Source: a virus
Lineage: Duplodnaviria > Caudoviricetes
Length of the DNA: 33,610 bases
IMG/VR virus record: IMGVR_UViG_3300033067_001492
Span: 1 to 33,610 of that record
Strand: one strand, 5' to 3'
Made by a program: the position numbers and the translations under genes. Within the stretch, counting starts at the first letter, position 1. Every line of letters begins with the position of its first letter. This document shows, piece by piece, positions 22,853-32,847 of the stretch. The notes beneath the pieces are model-generated. The model was not told the origin of the DNA. It saw only the letters and a program-made list of their open reading frames with translations, and ran no database searches.

Positions 22853-25834
22853 ATGGCTCTCAGCAAGCAGCTCGTCCCCGTGCCCTTCGGCAGCGGGGTG
22901 GACACCAAGACCGACAGCCGCCGGACCCCGGTCGGCAAGCTGACGGCCCTGGAAAACGGGGTGTTTTCCAAGACCGGAGCCCTGCACAAGCGCCACGGCT
23001 ACGACGCCGTTTCCCTCGCTGTCGAGGGCGGCGGAACGATTAGCGGCCTCGTCGGCACCCTGGCGCACCGCGACGAATTGCTGGCGTTCACGGACGCGGG
23101 CACCGTCTACAGTCGGAGCGTCGCCACGGAGCGCTGGGTTTCCCGAGGCGAGGCGGTGGTGGCCTCGACGGACGACCACATCGTCGTGCGCAACGACAAG
23201 GAGCAGCGGGCGGCGGACGTCTGCATCGTCAACGGCCTGCGCGTCGTCGTGTGGGAGGAGTACAGCGGCAACCCGGCGGCGTACGACGGGATCAAGTACA
23301 GCGTCTACGATGACGCCAGCGGGACGGTGCTGGTCAGCAGCGGCACCGTGGCCACCGCCACCGGGACCCGGCCGCGCGTCGTGGCCTTCGGTGACTACGC
23401 CGTGATCCTGTACGCGGTCGGCGTCGAGGTGCTCGAGCGCCACCTGAACGCCGTGCACTCGCCCACCACGCTCTCAACCGCGGTCGCCATCATCGGCGAC
23501 GTAGCAGCGGGCGCGGCCGTCTTCGATGCCTGCGTGTCGGGCGACCGCCTCTTCGTTGCGTGGGGCAGCAGCGGCAGCGGCGCAGCCGAGTGCTGCTACC
23601 TCGACTCCACGTTTGCGGTCACGAACGGCCCCGGCCCCGGCCTCGGCGGCGCCATCAGCGCGGACATCTGCATCGCCATCGCCGCGGGTGCGGACCAGAG
23701 CCTCTACATCCTGAGCGCTGGCGCAGGCGGCCCGGACTGGGAGTTCTTCCGCGTCTCGTACACGCTGACCAGCCTCGCGATTGCTACCGCGACAGCGATC
23801 ACAGCCCCCCGACGATGCTCGCTGGTCGTCAACTACAGCGCCTCTCCGCCCGCAGGCGCGACCGCCGTTTTCGACACGACGGCCGGGGTCTACACGTTGT
23901 CCATCACGCCCGCAGGCGGCGGCCTTGGGGCCGGAACGCTGCTGGCCAAGGGTGCGTCGTTGGCCTCGCACGCGTGGAAGTACGGCACGGCAGGGACCCG
24001 CTACGCCGCGATCAACTGGAGCAGCACCGAGCAATCCAGCTACTTCGCGGTGAACCTGAGCACCGGCCGCGTCGTCGCGCGCCTCGGCTACGGCAACGGA
24101 GGCGGGACGCGCCCGCACTGCACCCTGAGCGGCGCCGTCGAGGTGTCCACGGGGCGCTACGCCTTCGCTCGCCAGCAGGTGACCGAGCTCGTCACCACCT
24201 CCACCGTCACGATGACCCGCGCGGGCATCACCGTGAGCGACGTCGTCCACGAGCCCGCCGTGCGCCTCCAGGCTGCGACCGCTGGCCTCGGTCTCGTCAT
24301 CGCGGGCGGGGTGCCGCAGTTCTACGACGGCCTTCAGGTCCGCGAGCTCGGCTTCCTGCTCTACCCCGAGGGCGTGACCGCCGTGCCCGTCGGCGCCGCC
24401 TCCGGCAGCATGGCCGCGGGCGTCTACCAGTACAGCGTGGTCTACGAGGTGACCGACAACCTTGGGCAGATCCACCGCTCCGCCCCCTCGACGCCGGTCA
24501 GCGCCACGGCGGCGGCGAACGACTCGATGACGGTGACGATCCCCAACCTGCGCGTCGGCGCATGGGGCACCGACGCGCGGCTCGTCGTCTACCGCACCGC
24601 GGTGAACGGCTCGATCTTCTACCGCGTGACCGCCAGCGCGACGCCGACGGCGAACGTGCCGACGTCCGATACCACGACCTACACGGACAGCGTGGCGGAC
24701 GCCTCGATCACCAGCAGCGAGCTGATCTACACCACCGGCGGCATCGTCGAGAACGTCACCCCGTCGGCGTGCAAGTACGCCGTCACGGTCAACGGCCGCG
24801 TGTACCTCGCAGGCTTCTCCGATGGCAACGTGGTCGCGTGTAGCAAGCTCCTGCGCGACGGCGAGCCGCCCGCGTTCTCCGACCTGCTGTCCGTGGCGTG
24901 CGACCCCGACGGCGGCCCCGTGACCGGCCTCGGCTACGTGGACGACAAGGTCATCGTGTTCAAGCGCGACCGCATCCTGGCGCTGACCGGGGCGGGCCCA
25001 ACCGACACCGGCCTTGGGGCCTACGAGACGCCGCGCACCGTCACCACGGAGCAGGGGTGCTCGAGCGCCGCCAGCATCGTGGCTGTGCCCGAGGGCGTCA
25101 TGTTTCAGAGCCCCGGCGGCATCTACCTGCTGGACCGCTCGCTACAGACCTCGTACGTCGGCGCCCCTGTCGAGTACTGGAACGACCAGACCGTCACCGG
25201 GGCCGCTCGCGCGACCGACGCCACCCGCGTCGTGTTCTGGACCGCCGCGGGCCCCGCGCTCGTGTACGACTGGCAGTATCAGCAGTGGAGCACGTGGACC
25301 GGGCACGCCGCGACCTCGGCCACCGTATGGGGCGGCCTGCTCGCCTTCGTGCGCGACGACGGCGCGTTGCTCGTCCAGAGCGACACCTTCACCGACGCAG
25401 GCGCGTTCATCCGCCTTCGCGCGACGTTCGGCTGGATGGCGTTCGCTGGCATTCAGGGCTGGGAGCGACTCTACCGCGTGCGCATCCTCGGCGAGGCCAA
25501 GGGGCCGCACACGCTGCGCTGTCGCTTCGGCTACGACTACGACCCCGCGTGGCCCGACGTGGGGAACATCGACGTCGGCGCGCTCTACCCGGGCAGCGTC
25601 TACGGGTCGGCCTCCGTCTACGGCGGAGACACCGTCTATGGCGGCGTGTACCCGCTCTATACTTTCGAGTTTCGCCCCGAGCGCCAGAAGGTGCAGGCGT
25701 TCCGCGTCAGCATCGAGGACGTCCAGACCACCGACTACAACGAGGGCCTGTCGCTCGTCGACATGAGCCTGCTCGTCGGCCAGCGCCGCGGGCCGCAGCG
25801 CCTTCCCAGCACGAAGGTGGCGGGTGCTTCGTGA
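22853..25834 (+). CDS. tail nozzle / stabilisation protein (tail tubular B or P22 gp10-like)
   Basis: Start at ATG 22853 (AAGGA SD); GVDTKTD...LENG....GALHKRHGY N-terminus; beta-propeller-like VTGLG...VIVFK...GC....SI...GIY repeats. Confidence 0.75.
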   Translation: MALSKQLVPVPFGSGVDTKTDSRRTPVGKLTALENGVFSKTGALHKRHGYDAVSLAVEGGGTISGLVGTLAHRDELLAFTDAGTVYSRSVATERWVSRGEAVVASTDDHIVVRNDKEQRAADVCIVNGLRVVVWEEYSGNPAAYDGIKYSVYDDASGTVLVSSGTVATATGTRPRVVAFGDYAVILYAVGVEVLERHLNAVHSPTTLSTAVAIIGDVAAGAAVFDACVSGDRLFVAWGSSGSGAAECCYLDSTFAVTNGPGPGLGGAISADICIAIAAGADQSLYILSAGAGGPDWEFFRVSYTLTSLAIATATAITAPRRCSLVVNYSASPPAGATAVFDTTAGVYTLSITPAGGGLGAGTLLAKGASLASHAWKYGTAGTRYAAINWSSTEQSSYFAVNLSTGRVVARLGYGNGGGTRPHCTLSGAVEVSTGRYAFARQQVTELVTTSTVTMTRAGITVSDVVHEPAVRLQAATAGLGLVIAGGVPQFYDGLQVRELGFLLYPEGVTAVPVGAASGSMAAGVYQYSVVYEVTDNLGQIHRSAPSTPVSATAAANDSMTVTIPNLRVGAWGTDARLVVYRTAVNGSIFYRVTASATPTANVPTSDTTTYTDSVADASITSSELIYTTGGIVENVTPSACKYAVTVNGRVYLAGFSDGNVVACSKLLRDGEPPAFSDLLSVACDPDGGPVTGLGYVDDKVIVFKRDRILALTGAGPTDTGLGAYETPRTVTTEQGCSSAASIVAVPEGVMFQSPGGIYLLDRSLQTSYVGAPVEYWNDQTVTGAARATDATRVVFWTAAGPALVYDWQYQQWSTWTGHAATSATVWGGLLAFVRDDGALLVQSDTFTDAGAFIRLRATFGWMAFAGIQGWERLYRVRILGEAKGPHTLRCRFGYDYDPAWPDVGNIDVGALYPGSVYGSASVYGGDTVYGGVYPLYTFEFRPERQKVQAFRVSIEDVQTTDYNEGLSLVDMSLLVGQRRGPQRLPSTKVAGAS

Positions 25835-25864
25835 CCAGAACGAAGGCTTCTGCTAGCCGCGCGA
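25831..25864 (+). promoter_or_regulatory. conserved late-module motif, copy 3
   Basis: GTGACCA...AAGGCTTCTGCTAGCCGCGCGA followed by GGAGG and ATG 25875. Confidence 0.7.
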
Positions 25865-25874
25865 GGAGGGCTGA

Positions 25875-27053
25875 ATGACGCAACTCGACCCCGGTGCAGT
25901 CTCGTGGATCCCCTACGTCGGCGGGGCGTGGGGCGCGATGGCTGGCGCCTCCAACAACAACCCCGGCGCCGACCTCGGGCAGACCACGGGGGAGTACTCC
26001 GACCAACTCACGCCGCACGCGAAGAAGGCCCTCGCCGACAAGGCGAAGGCGCTCAACGACGCGCACTATGCGATGTACGGCACCGAACTCGGCAACGCCT
26101 ACGACGGCAGCGGCCAGAGCGGTGTGGCCTTCGATCCGTACGGCCGCGCGTACCGCAGCAAGCTCGACGCAGCGATGTTCGGCCTCGGCCAGCGCAAGGG
26201 GCCGAGCGTGGGTGAGTACGGCTCGCTGGCCACGATGAGCGGCAGCGCCAAGGTGGACCCCACCCGCCTCTCGCGCGGCGACGAGCTCGCTATGCGCGCG
26301 AAGCAGATGGAGCTCGCCGGCATGCTCGGCGCCGCGGCGAAGGGCGAGGGGCCCTCGATCGCTGGCATGCAGATGCAGCAGAACACGGAGGCCGCGCTCG
26401 CCGCGAACCGCGCGAACGCCGCGGGCCTCGGCCGCATGAACGCCGGCCTCGCGATGCGCAGCCTCGGGCAGCAGCAGAGCCAGGCGCTCTCGTCGGCCGC
26501 GATGGGCAGCGCCGCGCTCAAGATGCAGGAGGCCCAGCAGGCGCAGGGCCAGCTCGGCGGGCTGCTCTCGGGAATGCGAGGCGCTGACTTCGCAGCGGCC
26601 GCCAAGCAGGCGGACCTCAGCGCCGCGGAGCGCATGGCCAACGCCGGCTTCGAACAGCAGGCCGCGATGGGCAACGTCGACGCCGCGAACCGCTACGAGG
26701 CCGCCAAGGCGCAGTTCGGCCTCGGCAAGGCGGGCCTGTCGTTGCAGGACCAGGCACAGCGCGACGCCATGACGCAGTACCTCATGGGCAGCGAGTTCGC
26801 CGCGAACCAGGCCGACCGCGACGCGAAGCTGCGCTCGTGGATGGCGGGCAAGGGGCAGGGCCTCGCACAGAGCCAGTTCGACTGGCAGAAGCAGCAGGCT
26901 GAGCGCATGTGGGACGCCCAGAAGTGGGCGGCGACCGCAGGCGCGGCGGGCAAGGGCGCCGAGATGGCGGGCAATTGGTACACCAGCCAGCAGGGCGGTG
27001 GTGGCGGCGGCGGATCCGCGTTTGAAAAGTACGCGTCAGGCTTCGGCTACTAG
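25875..27053 (+). CDS. putative DNA ejection / pilot protein
   Basis: A/G/Q/M-rich helical protein after the nozzle gene, as in podovirus ejection modules. Confidence 0.6.
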   Translation: MTQLDPGAVSWIPYVGGAWGAMAGASNNNPGADLGQTTGEYSDQLTPHAKKALADKAKALNDAHYAMYGTELGNAYDGSGQSGVAFDPYGRAYRSKLDAAMFGLGQRKGPSVGEYGSLATMSGSAKVDPTRLSRGDELAMRAKQMELAGMLGAAAKGEGPSIAGMQMQQNTEAALAANRANAAGLGRMNAGLAMRSLGQQQSQALSSAAMGSAALKMQEAQQAQGQLGGLLSGMRGADFAAAAKQADLSAAERMANAGFEQQAAMGNVDAANRYEAAKAQFGLGKAGLSLQDQAQRDAMTQYLMGSEFAANQADRDAKLRSWMAGKGQGLAQSQFDWQKQQAERMWDAQKWAATAGAAGKGAEMAGNWYTSQQGGGGGGGSAFEKYASGFGY

Positions 27054-27064
27054 GAGAGAGCACG

Positions 27065-28282
27065 ATGGCGAGCAACCCGATCACCAAGGCGGATTTCGAG
27101 ACGGCATACGGCCGCCCGCTCACCGACGACCAGTATGCAAAGCTCCGCATGGGCTTGCAGATGGGCATGCTCAACAAGGGTACCAACGCTGGCGGCGCGT
27201 ACGACCACACGCTCCCGCGCTCGACCGCCTCGATGCCCGAGGAGCAGCGCAACGCCATCGGTCGCCTCAACTGGCTGGCCGCCGGTCGCCCCGGTGAGCC
27301 CGGCGCCAACATGTTCGACGCCGCGCCCGGGCAGACGCAGGGCAACGCGCCCCCGAAGGCCCCGAGCCGCAGCGACGGCAGCAAGCCCGCCGCGAAGCGC
27401 GCCGATGCTGGCGACGGCGGCCCCGCCGACGACCGCGCCGACCCCGTCAAGGCACCCACCAGCGTCTACGAGGGCAACGGGCAGGGCGTGAAGGACTGGC
27501 AGAAGAAGGCGGTCCGCCCCGGCTACGGGTGGGTCGAGCAGAGCGACGGCAGCCTCGTTCAGTCGCCGTTCGCCGACAACAACGGGTGGGAGAACGGGCA
27601 GGCGCCCGACCCCGCCAAGATCGTGCTGGGCCCCCCGCCGGGCCCGAGCGCGCCGAAGCCCCCCAGTCCCTTCGCTGCGACGCCGCTGCCGACGGGCAAC
27701 GGGGACATTGTGGCCGCGCAGAAGAAGGCCGCGGTGGACGTGGCTGGGCTCGAGGCCGATGCCGCGAACCTGCCGCCCGCCGAGGGCGACTTTGCGGGCG
27801 CGCAGGCCAAGGCGAAGAAGGACATCGCTGCGCTCGAGAAGGACGCCGCGAAGCTGAAGCCCGCCGCGCAGAAGAAGGGCGTCGCCGCCCCGGTGCCGCA
27901 GCCCATCCCCGAAGCCGCGCCGCCCGTCGCGACCGCCCAGAACTGGAACAGCGCCCCGCCCGCCGCCAAGCAGAAGGCGTGGCAGCAGGCGAGCCTCGCC
28001 GCTGGCAAGAGCCTCGGCGCGGGTGAGTTTCAGATGCAGATGCAGAACGCCCAGCAGCCCGCGCCCACGCCTCCGCCGCAGCCCGTGGCGATGACGCCTG
28101 CGCCCACCGGCCCCGTCGCGACGCCCCAGGCGCCCGCCGGAGCGCCGTCCAAGGAGCAGGTAGAGGCCACGCTGGGCAAGAGCATCACGGACCAGGAGTA
28201 CCTCGCCTACGTGAGCAAGCCGCAATACCCGCAGTATGTGCCGGTGCAGCAGCCGCCGACGCTCAAGGGGCTAGCGTTCTGA
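27065..28282 (+). CDS. Pro/Ala-rich putative internal virion protein
   Basis: AGGAG SD; low complexity; TGATG-coupled to the next gene. Confidence 0.6.
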   Translation: MASNPITKADFETAYGRPLTDDQYAKLRMGLQMGMLNKGTNAGGAYDHTLPRSTASMPEEQRNAIGRLNWLAAGRPGEPGANMFDAAPGQTQGNAPPKAPSRSDGSKPAAKRADAGDGGPADDRADPVKAPTSVYEGNGQGVKDWQKKAVRPGYGWVEQSDGSLVQSPFADNNGWENGQAPDPAKIVLGPPPGPSAPKPPSPFAATPLPTGNGDIVAAQKKAAVDVAGLEADAANLPPAEGDFAGAQAKAKKDIAALEKDAAKLKPAAQKKGVAAPVPQPIPEAAPPVATAQNWNSAPPAAKQKAWQQASLAAGKSLGAGEFQMQMQNAQQPAPTPPPQPVAMTPAPTGPVATPQAPAGAPSKEQVEATLGKSITDQEYLAYVSKPQYPQYVPVQQPPTLKGLAF

Positions 28283-30258
28283 TGGCGACCGGGCTCGGCT
28301 CCTACACCCCCGAGCAGATCGACATGCTGCCCCTGAGCCCCGCGGCCAAGGCGGCGTGGAAGGCGAAGCTCGCCCAGCCGGGCCCGCTCGTCGCTGCGTT
28401 GCAGACGACGCCTGCAACGGATGGCGGCATCACGCTGCCCGGAGCCCCGGCGCCACTGCCCGCGCCATCACCCACCGCTGGCCTGCCGCCTCCGGGCGCC
28501 GTGCCGTCGCTGATGGACATGGCCGACGCCAACCCCAACGCGCTCAAGCCCGCGCCCCCGCCGGCCGCGCTGCCGTTCGGCGCTGGCCTCCTGCCGTCTG
28601 CGGCGACGCCCGCGAACACGGGCCCGCAGTTGCCCGCTGGAGCGGCTGCCACGTTCCTCGGCGGCGGAGCCCCCACCAGCACGAGCGCTCCGAGCAAGCC
28701 CGCAGGCGGTGCCACGGATGGCGCCCCCGTCGGCTTCGGGGGTGGAGGCGGGCCCGCACCAGTACCCGACAACCCGACCGGCTACGGCCAGCCTGCGCCC
28801 GCTGTCGACCCGCTTGCCGCGAAGAAAGCGGCCGTGCTCCTGCCCGGGCAGGACGCGCAGTTCCAGAACGAGATGGCCTTTGGCGCCTCGCAGAACGCGA
28901 AGGACGCCGAGCTCCTCGGCATCAAGGCGACCGCACAGGAGAAGATGGCCGCCGAGCAGGCGGGCGCGACCGAGGCGTACGCCGCCGCGCAAGCGCAGGA
29001 GGCGAAGGACCGCGAGAACTTTGCCGCGTTCTACGACGGCGAGACGCAGAAGCTCCAGCAGACCAGCGACCGCCTCGCCAACGCGAAGGTGGACAGCATG
29101 CGCATGTTTAAGCAGGAGGGGCTCGCGGGCGTCTTCCAGGCTGTGAGCGTGGCGTTTGCGATGTATGCGGGCGTCAAGGGTGCGGCCGCCACTGGCGGCC
29201 AGAACGCCGGAGTGATCGCGCTGGAGAAGGCGATTGACCGTGATGTGGCGATGCAGGAGAAGGACTTGCAGCGCCAGGAGGCCGGGCTCGCGCGCAGCAA
29301 CTCGCTGCTCGCGCAGAAGTATCGTGTGTTCGGCGACATGCAGATGGCCAAGGCCGCGGCGAAGATGGACGCTTGGAAGCTCGCCAGCATGCGCGCCGAC
29401 GTCATCGCGCAGCAGAGCGGCGCCGAGGCTGCGAAGGTCGGGGCCGCCAAGATGAAGGAAGCGGCGGACCGCGGGCTGTCGCGCGAGCAGGAGAACTGGA
29501 ACATCGGCATCGAGGCCAAGTACAAGCAGTTCCAGCTTCAGCAGGCGCAGGCCGCCGCCGCTGCGGCCGGCGCGCAGCAGGCGAAGATGGACGAGGAGCG
29601 CAAGTTCTGGCGCGACAAGAACGCCACGGTGCTACTCAAGGGCGCCGAGGAGATCACCAAGGGCGGCGGCATCCCGAAGCTCATCCCGGTGACGAAGGTC
29701 GACCCCGACACCGGCCAGAAGTACGCGGCCTACACGCTCGTCGACGTCAAGACAGGCAAGGAGTTCACCGACGTGCCGAACGGCGGGGCGAACGGCGCCA
29801 AGCCAATGAACCTGCCCACCGTCAACGCCGACGGGTCGCTTGGGTACACGTCCGTCACGCCGTACAGCAAGGAAGGCGCAGGCGAAGTGCAGAAGAAGGC
29901 CGGCGGCGCCGTCAACGCAATCACCGCCCTCGACGCGATGGAGGCCGCGGCAGCGATGCCTGGCCCGTGGATCGGCGAGAAGAAGAAAAAGTACGAGCAG
30001 GCTGTCGCCAACTACACGACCGCCTATGCCGTCGCCAACAACATGGGCGCCATCAGCGGCCCGGACGCGGAATTGGTGAAGGCCACCATCCCGGACGTGC
30101 CCACCACTGGGGTCGGATACCTCAGCGAGGCGCAGCTCAACCAGATCAAGAGCCAGAAAAATCTCTTCAGCAAGCAGCTCAAGGAAATGGCGGTGGTCTA
30201 CGGCCAACCAGGTGCGGGCAACGCCGCGATCACGATGACCCCGGCCGGAGGCAAGTAG
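28282..30258 (+). CDS. putative ejection protein
   Basis: Pro-rich N-terminus, long A/Q/K coiled coils, one hydrophobic stretch (GLAGVFQAVSVAFAMYAG). Confidence 0.65.
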   Translation: MATGLGSYTPEQIDMLPLSPAAKAAWKAKLAQPGPLVAALQTTPATDGGITLPGAPAPLPAPSPTAGLPPPGAVPSLMDMADANPNALKPAPPPAALPFGAGLLPSAATPANTGPQLPAGAAATFLGGGAPTSTSAPSKPAGGATDGAPVGFGGGGGPAPVPDNPTGYGQPAPAVDPLAAKKAAVLLPGQDAQFQNEMAFGASQNAKDAELLGIKATAQEKMAAEQAGATEAYAAAQAQEAKDRENFAAFYDGETQKLQQTSDRLANAKVDSMRMFKQEGLAGVFQAVSVAFAMYAGVKGAAATGGQNAGVIALEKAIDRDVAMQEKDLQRQEAGLARSNSLLAQKYRVFGDMQMAKAAAKMDAWKLASMRADVIAQQSGAEAAKVGAAKMKEAADRGLSREQENWNIGIEAKYKQFQLQQAQAAAAAAGAQQAKMDEERKFWRDKNATVLLKGAEEITKGGGIPKLIPVTKVDPDTGQKYAAYTLVDVKTGKEFTDVPNGGANGAKPMNLPTVNADGSLGYTSVTPYSKEGAGEVQKKAGGAVNAITALDAMEAAAAMPGPWIGEKKKKYEQAVANYTTAYAVANNMGAISGPDAELVKATIPDVPTTGVGYLSEAQLNQIKSQKNLFSKQLKEMAVVYGQPGAGNAAITMTPAGGK

Positions 30259-30259
30259 C

Positions 30260-32776
30260 GTGGCCATCGCGCCGCTCTGGCAGCCGAACGCCGGGCAACC
30301 TGCGCCGCTGTGGCAGCCCGTCGTTGAGAACGTCGTCACCGCCGAGCAGCAGCAGGCGGCAGCGGCAGCGCAGCCTGTCCCGGGCGCGGCGGTCAACAGG
30401 GTCACCGTCATCAGCCCGAAGGACGGCAAGGCGTACGACATCGCAGAGACCGACCTAGCGGGCGCGCAGGCGCAGGGCTACAAGCTCGAAACCGCCGAGG
30501 GCAAGGCGATCCGCGAATACGTCCAGGAGAACCAGGGCCTCTCGGGGACGGCGAAGGTCGCGCTGCACGGCTTCCTCGACCAAGCGACGTTCGGCATCTA
30601 CGGCGCGGCGGACGACGCGGGCAAAGACCCGCTCGAGAAGGCCAAGGCCGACGCGCTCCGGCAGGACCACGCCATCGCCAACATCGTCGGCCAGGGCGCA
30701 GGCTTCGGCGCGTCGATGTTCTACGGCGGCGAGTTCTTCAAGGCCGCGCAGGGCGCTGGCCGCGTCGCTGAGGCTGCCGTCCTCGGCGAGCGCATCCTGG
30801 GTGCGCAGGTGGCGGCAAAGCTCGTGCAGGCGGGCGTCCCCGCGGCCGAGGCGGCTGCTACGGGCGCGGGCCTCGCGCGGCGTCTGCTCGCCAGCGGCGC
30901 CAAGCTCGGCGCGGAGGGCGCGGTCTTCGCGGCCCCGAAGGCGGTCACGGAGGCTGCCCTCGGCGACCCCGAGCGCGCGGCGGAAACGATGATGTATGGC
31001 CTCGGCGGAGGCGCCATGCTGGGCCTCGCGGGCGGCGTGGCGGGCAGCGTCGGTAAGGCGATGGCGGGCAGCCTGAGTCACATCAAGCTGCCGGGCAGCG
31101 GGGGCCCTGGGCTCGCGGCGAAGGTGCGCGAGTGGGGGGACGAGCAGGCGGTCGCGGCCCTCGGGCTCGCGAAGAAGTACAGCGGCAAGCTCAACGAGAA
31201 GGGCTACACGAAGGACGCCGCGCGCATCTTCCGGGAGAACGGCATCGGCGAGATGGCGGGCGATGTCGAAAGCATCGCGGCCAAGTTCGGTGAGCTGAAG
31301 TCGTCGACCGGCGAGCGCATCGGCGCCATCTACAAGGCTGCGGACGCGGAGCTTGGCGGCAAGGCGTTCTCGACCCTCGACGAGATCGAGAAGGCGGCGT
31401 TCAAGTCGTTGCCTCGGGTGGAAGGCGGCCTGGAGTCGATCGGCAAGGTCGAGGCGGGTGAGTCGGTCAAGCGCTGGGTGCAGACGGAATTGCTGACGCC
31501 CATCGAGAACGAGATCGGCGGCAAGGCGGGCACGCTTGGGCTGGAGCAACTGCACAAGGTCCGGCAGGTCGTCGACCGCGCCACAAAGTGGGACGGCACC
31601 GTCAGCAACGCCGTCAACGAGATGCGCAAGGATCTCCGTGGCTCGCTAACCGACCTCATCAACGCCAAGCTGGACGCCGCCGGCAGCGCCATCGGCAAAG
31701 ACCTCCGCGCCGAGCTCGCGCCGCTGAACCGCGACTACGGCGTCCTGAGCATCCTCAGCGACAACGCAGAGAACAACGTCGCGCGCGGCATGGCCAACCA
31801 GTCGCCGTCGCTGACCGACAAGATCGGCGGCGCGGCGGGTGGCGTCATCGGCGGCATGATCGGCGGCATCCCTGGCAGCATCGTCGGCGGCGGGGTCGGC
31901 ACGCTCATCAACAACCAACTCCGCCGCAAGGCCCCCGCGATGCTCTCCGAGGGCGCGCACGGCGTGGCCGACTGGCTCGAGCGGCGTGGCATGGCTGGCG
32001 TGCTCGAGGCCAACGCCTCGGCGGCGACGCAGCTCGCCCGCGTGCCCGACATCCTCGGCGCCATGAGCGCAGGCAAGCGCGCTGCGGTCGACACGCTGCC
32101 CATCCACGCGCTCACCTCGTACGCCGAGCAGCTCAGCGTCGGCCAGCGCAAGGGCGACACCACGACCCCGCAAGCCCCGGGCCAGGGTGCGTTTGCGACG
32201 TTGGCGAGCAAGCTGACCGACCTCACCAGCAACCCGGACAAGATGGGCGCCGCCGTAAAGAAGATGGTCGAGCCTTTCGAGGCTGGTGCGCCCAACGTCG
32301 CCGCGCAGCTCGCGCTCAAGGCGCCCGCCGCCTTGCAGCACCTCGCCGACACGATGCCGAAGCCGCCCGTTGTCTCGGGGCTGCTGGCGCCGAAGCTCCA
32401 GTGGACGCCCTCGCAGGCGCAGCAGGCGGAGTGGGCGCGGCGCTGGGGCGTCGTGCAAAACCCCTTCGCTGTCTTCGATCGCCTCGCCGACAAGTCGCTG
32501 ACCTCCGCCGAGGTCGACACGCTGCGCGCGGTGTACCCGAAGCTGCACGAGGCGATGGTGGCCCGCGTGGTCGACTACGCGGCGCAGCCGCAGGCCAAGC
32601 CGTTGTCGTTCCGCGACCGCGACCGCCTCTCGCTGCTGATGGGCGTCCCGCTGGACGGCACCGACTACGGAGCGGTGCAGAGCCTCTATGCCGCCAAGCC
32701 GCCGGAGCCGAAAACGGGGCCCGCCATGAAGGCCCCCGACGTCGCGACCAACGCGCAGCGCCTCACTTACAAGTAG
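30260..32776 (+). CDS. large putative ejection / internal virion protein
   Basis: 838 aa, Ala/Gly-rich, glycine-zipper segments (IGGAAGGVIGGMIGGIPGSIVGGGVG). Confidence 0.7.
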   Translation: MAIAPLWQPNAGQPAPLWQPVVENVVTAEQQQAAAAAQPVPGAAVNRVTVISPKDGKAYDIAETDLAGAQAQGYKLETAEGKAIREYVQENQGLSGTAKVALHGFLDQATFGIYGAADDAGKDPLEKAKADALRQDHAIANIVGQGAGFGASMFYGGEFFKAAQGAGRVAEAAVLGERILGAQVAAKLVQAGVPAAEAAATGAGLARRLLASGAKLGAEGAVFAAPKAVTEAALGDPERAAETMMYGLGGGAMLGLAGGVAGSVGKAMAGSLSHIKLPGSGGPGLAAKVREWGDEQAVAALGLAKKYSGKLNEKGYTKDAARIFRENGIGEMAGDVESIAAKFGELKSSTGERIGAIYKAADAELGGKAFSTLDEIEKAAFKSLPRVEGGLESIGKVEAGESVKRWVQTELLTPIENEIGGKAGTLGLEQLHKVRQVVDRATKWDGTVSNAVNEMRKDLRGSLTDLINAKLDAAGSAIGKDLRAELAPLNRDYGVLSILSDNAENNVARGMANQSPSLTDKIGGAAGGVIGGMIGGIPGSIVGGGVGTLINNQLRRKAPAMLSEGAHGVADWLERRGMAGVLEANASAATQLARVPDILGAMSAGKRAAVDTLPIHALTSYAEQLSVGQRKGDTTTPQAPGQGAFATLASKLTDLTSNPDKMGAAVKKMVEPFEAGAPNVAAQLALKAPAALQHLADTMPKPPVVSGLLAPKLQWTPSQAQQAEWARRWGVVQNPFAVFDRLADKSLTSAEVDTLRAVYPKLHEAMVARVVDYAAQPQAKPLSFRDRDRLSLLMGVPLDGTDYGAVQSLYAAKPPEPKTGPAMKAPDVATNAQRLTYK

Positions 32777-32788
32777 AAGTCGCCCTAC

Positions 32789-32822
32789 TGGCGCACGCCG
32801 AAGGCTTCTGCTAGCCGCCGAA
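32789..32822 (+). promoter_or_regulatory. conserved late-module motif, copy 4
   Basis: TGGCGCA...AAGGCTTCTGCTAGCCGC-CGAA, intergenic. Confidence 0.65.
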
Positions 32823-32847
32823 GTGTGGGGCTGGAAGGACGGTCGGC

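Noticed and set aside
30268-30320. APLWQP duplicated 33 nt apart at the start of the 838-aa gene
   Set aside because: Short in-frame duplication with no further support for a function.
11103-32818. Repeated motif as a CRISPR repeat, sigma54 promoter or conserved hairpin
   Set aside because: Copies are kilobases apart with no spacers; no conserved GG-N10-GC; the GGCT/AGCC stem is broken in copy 1.
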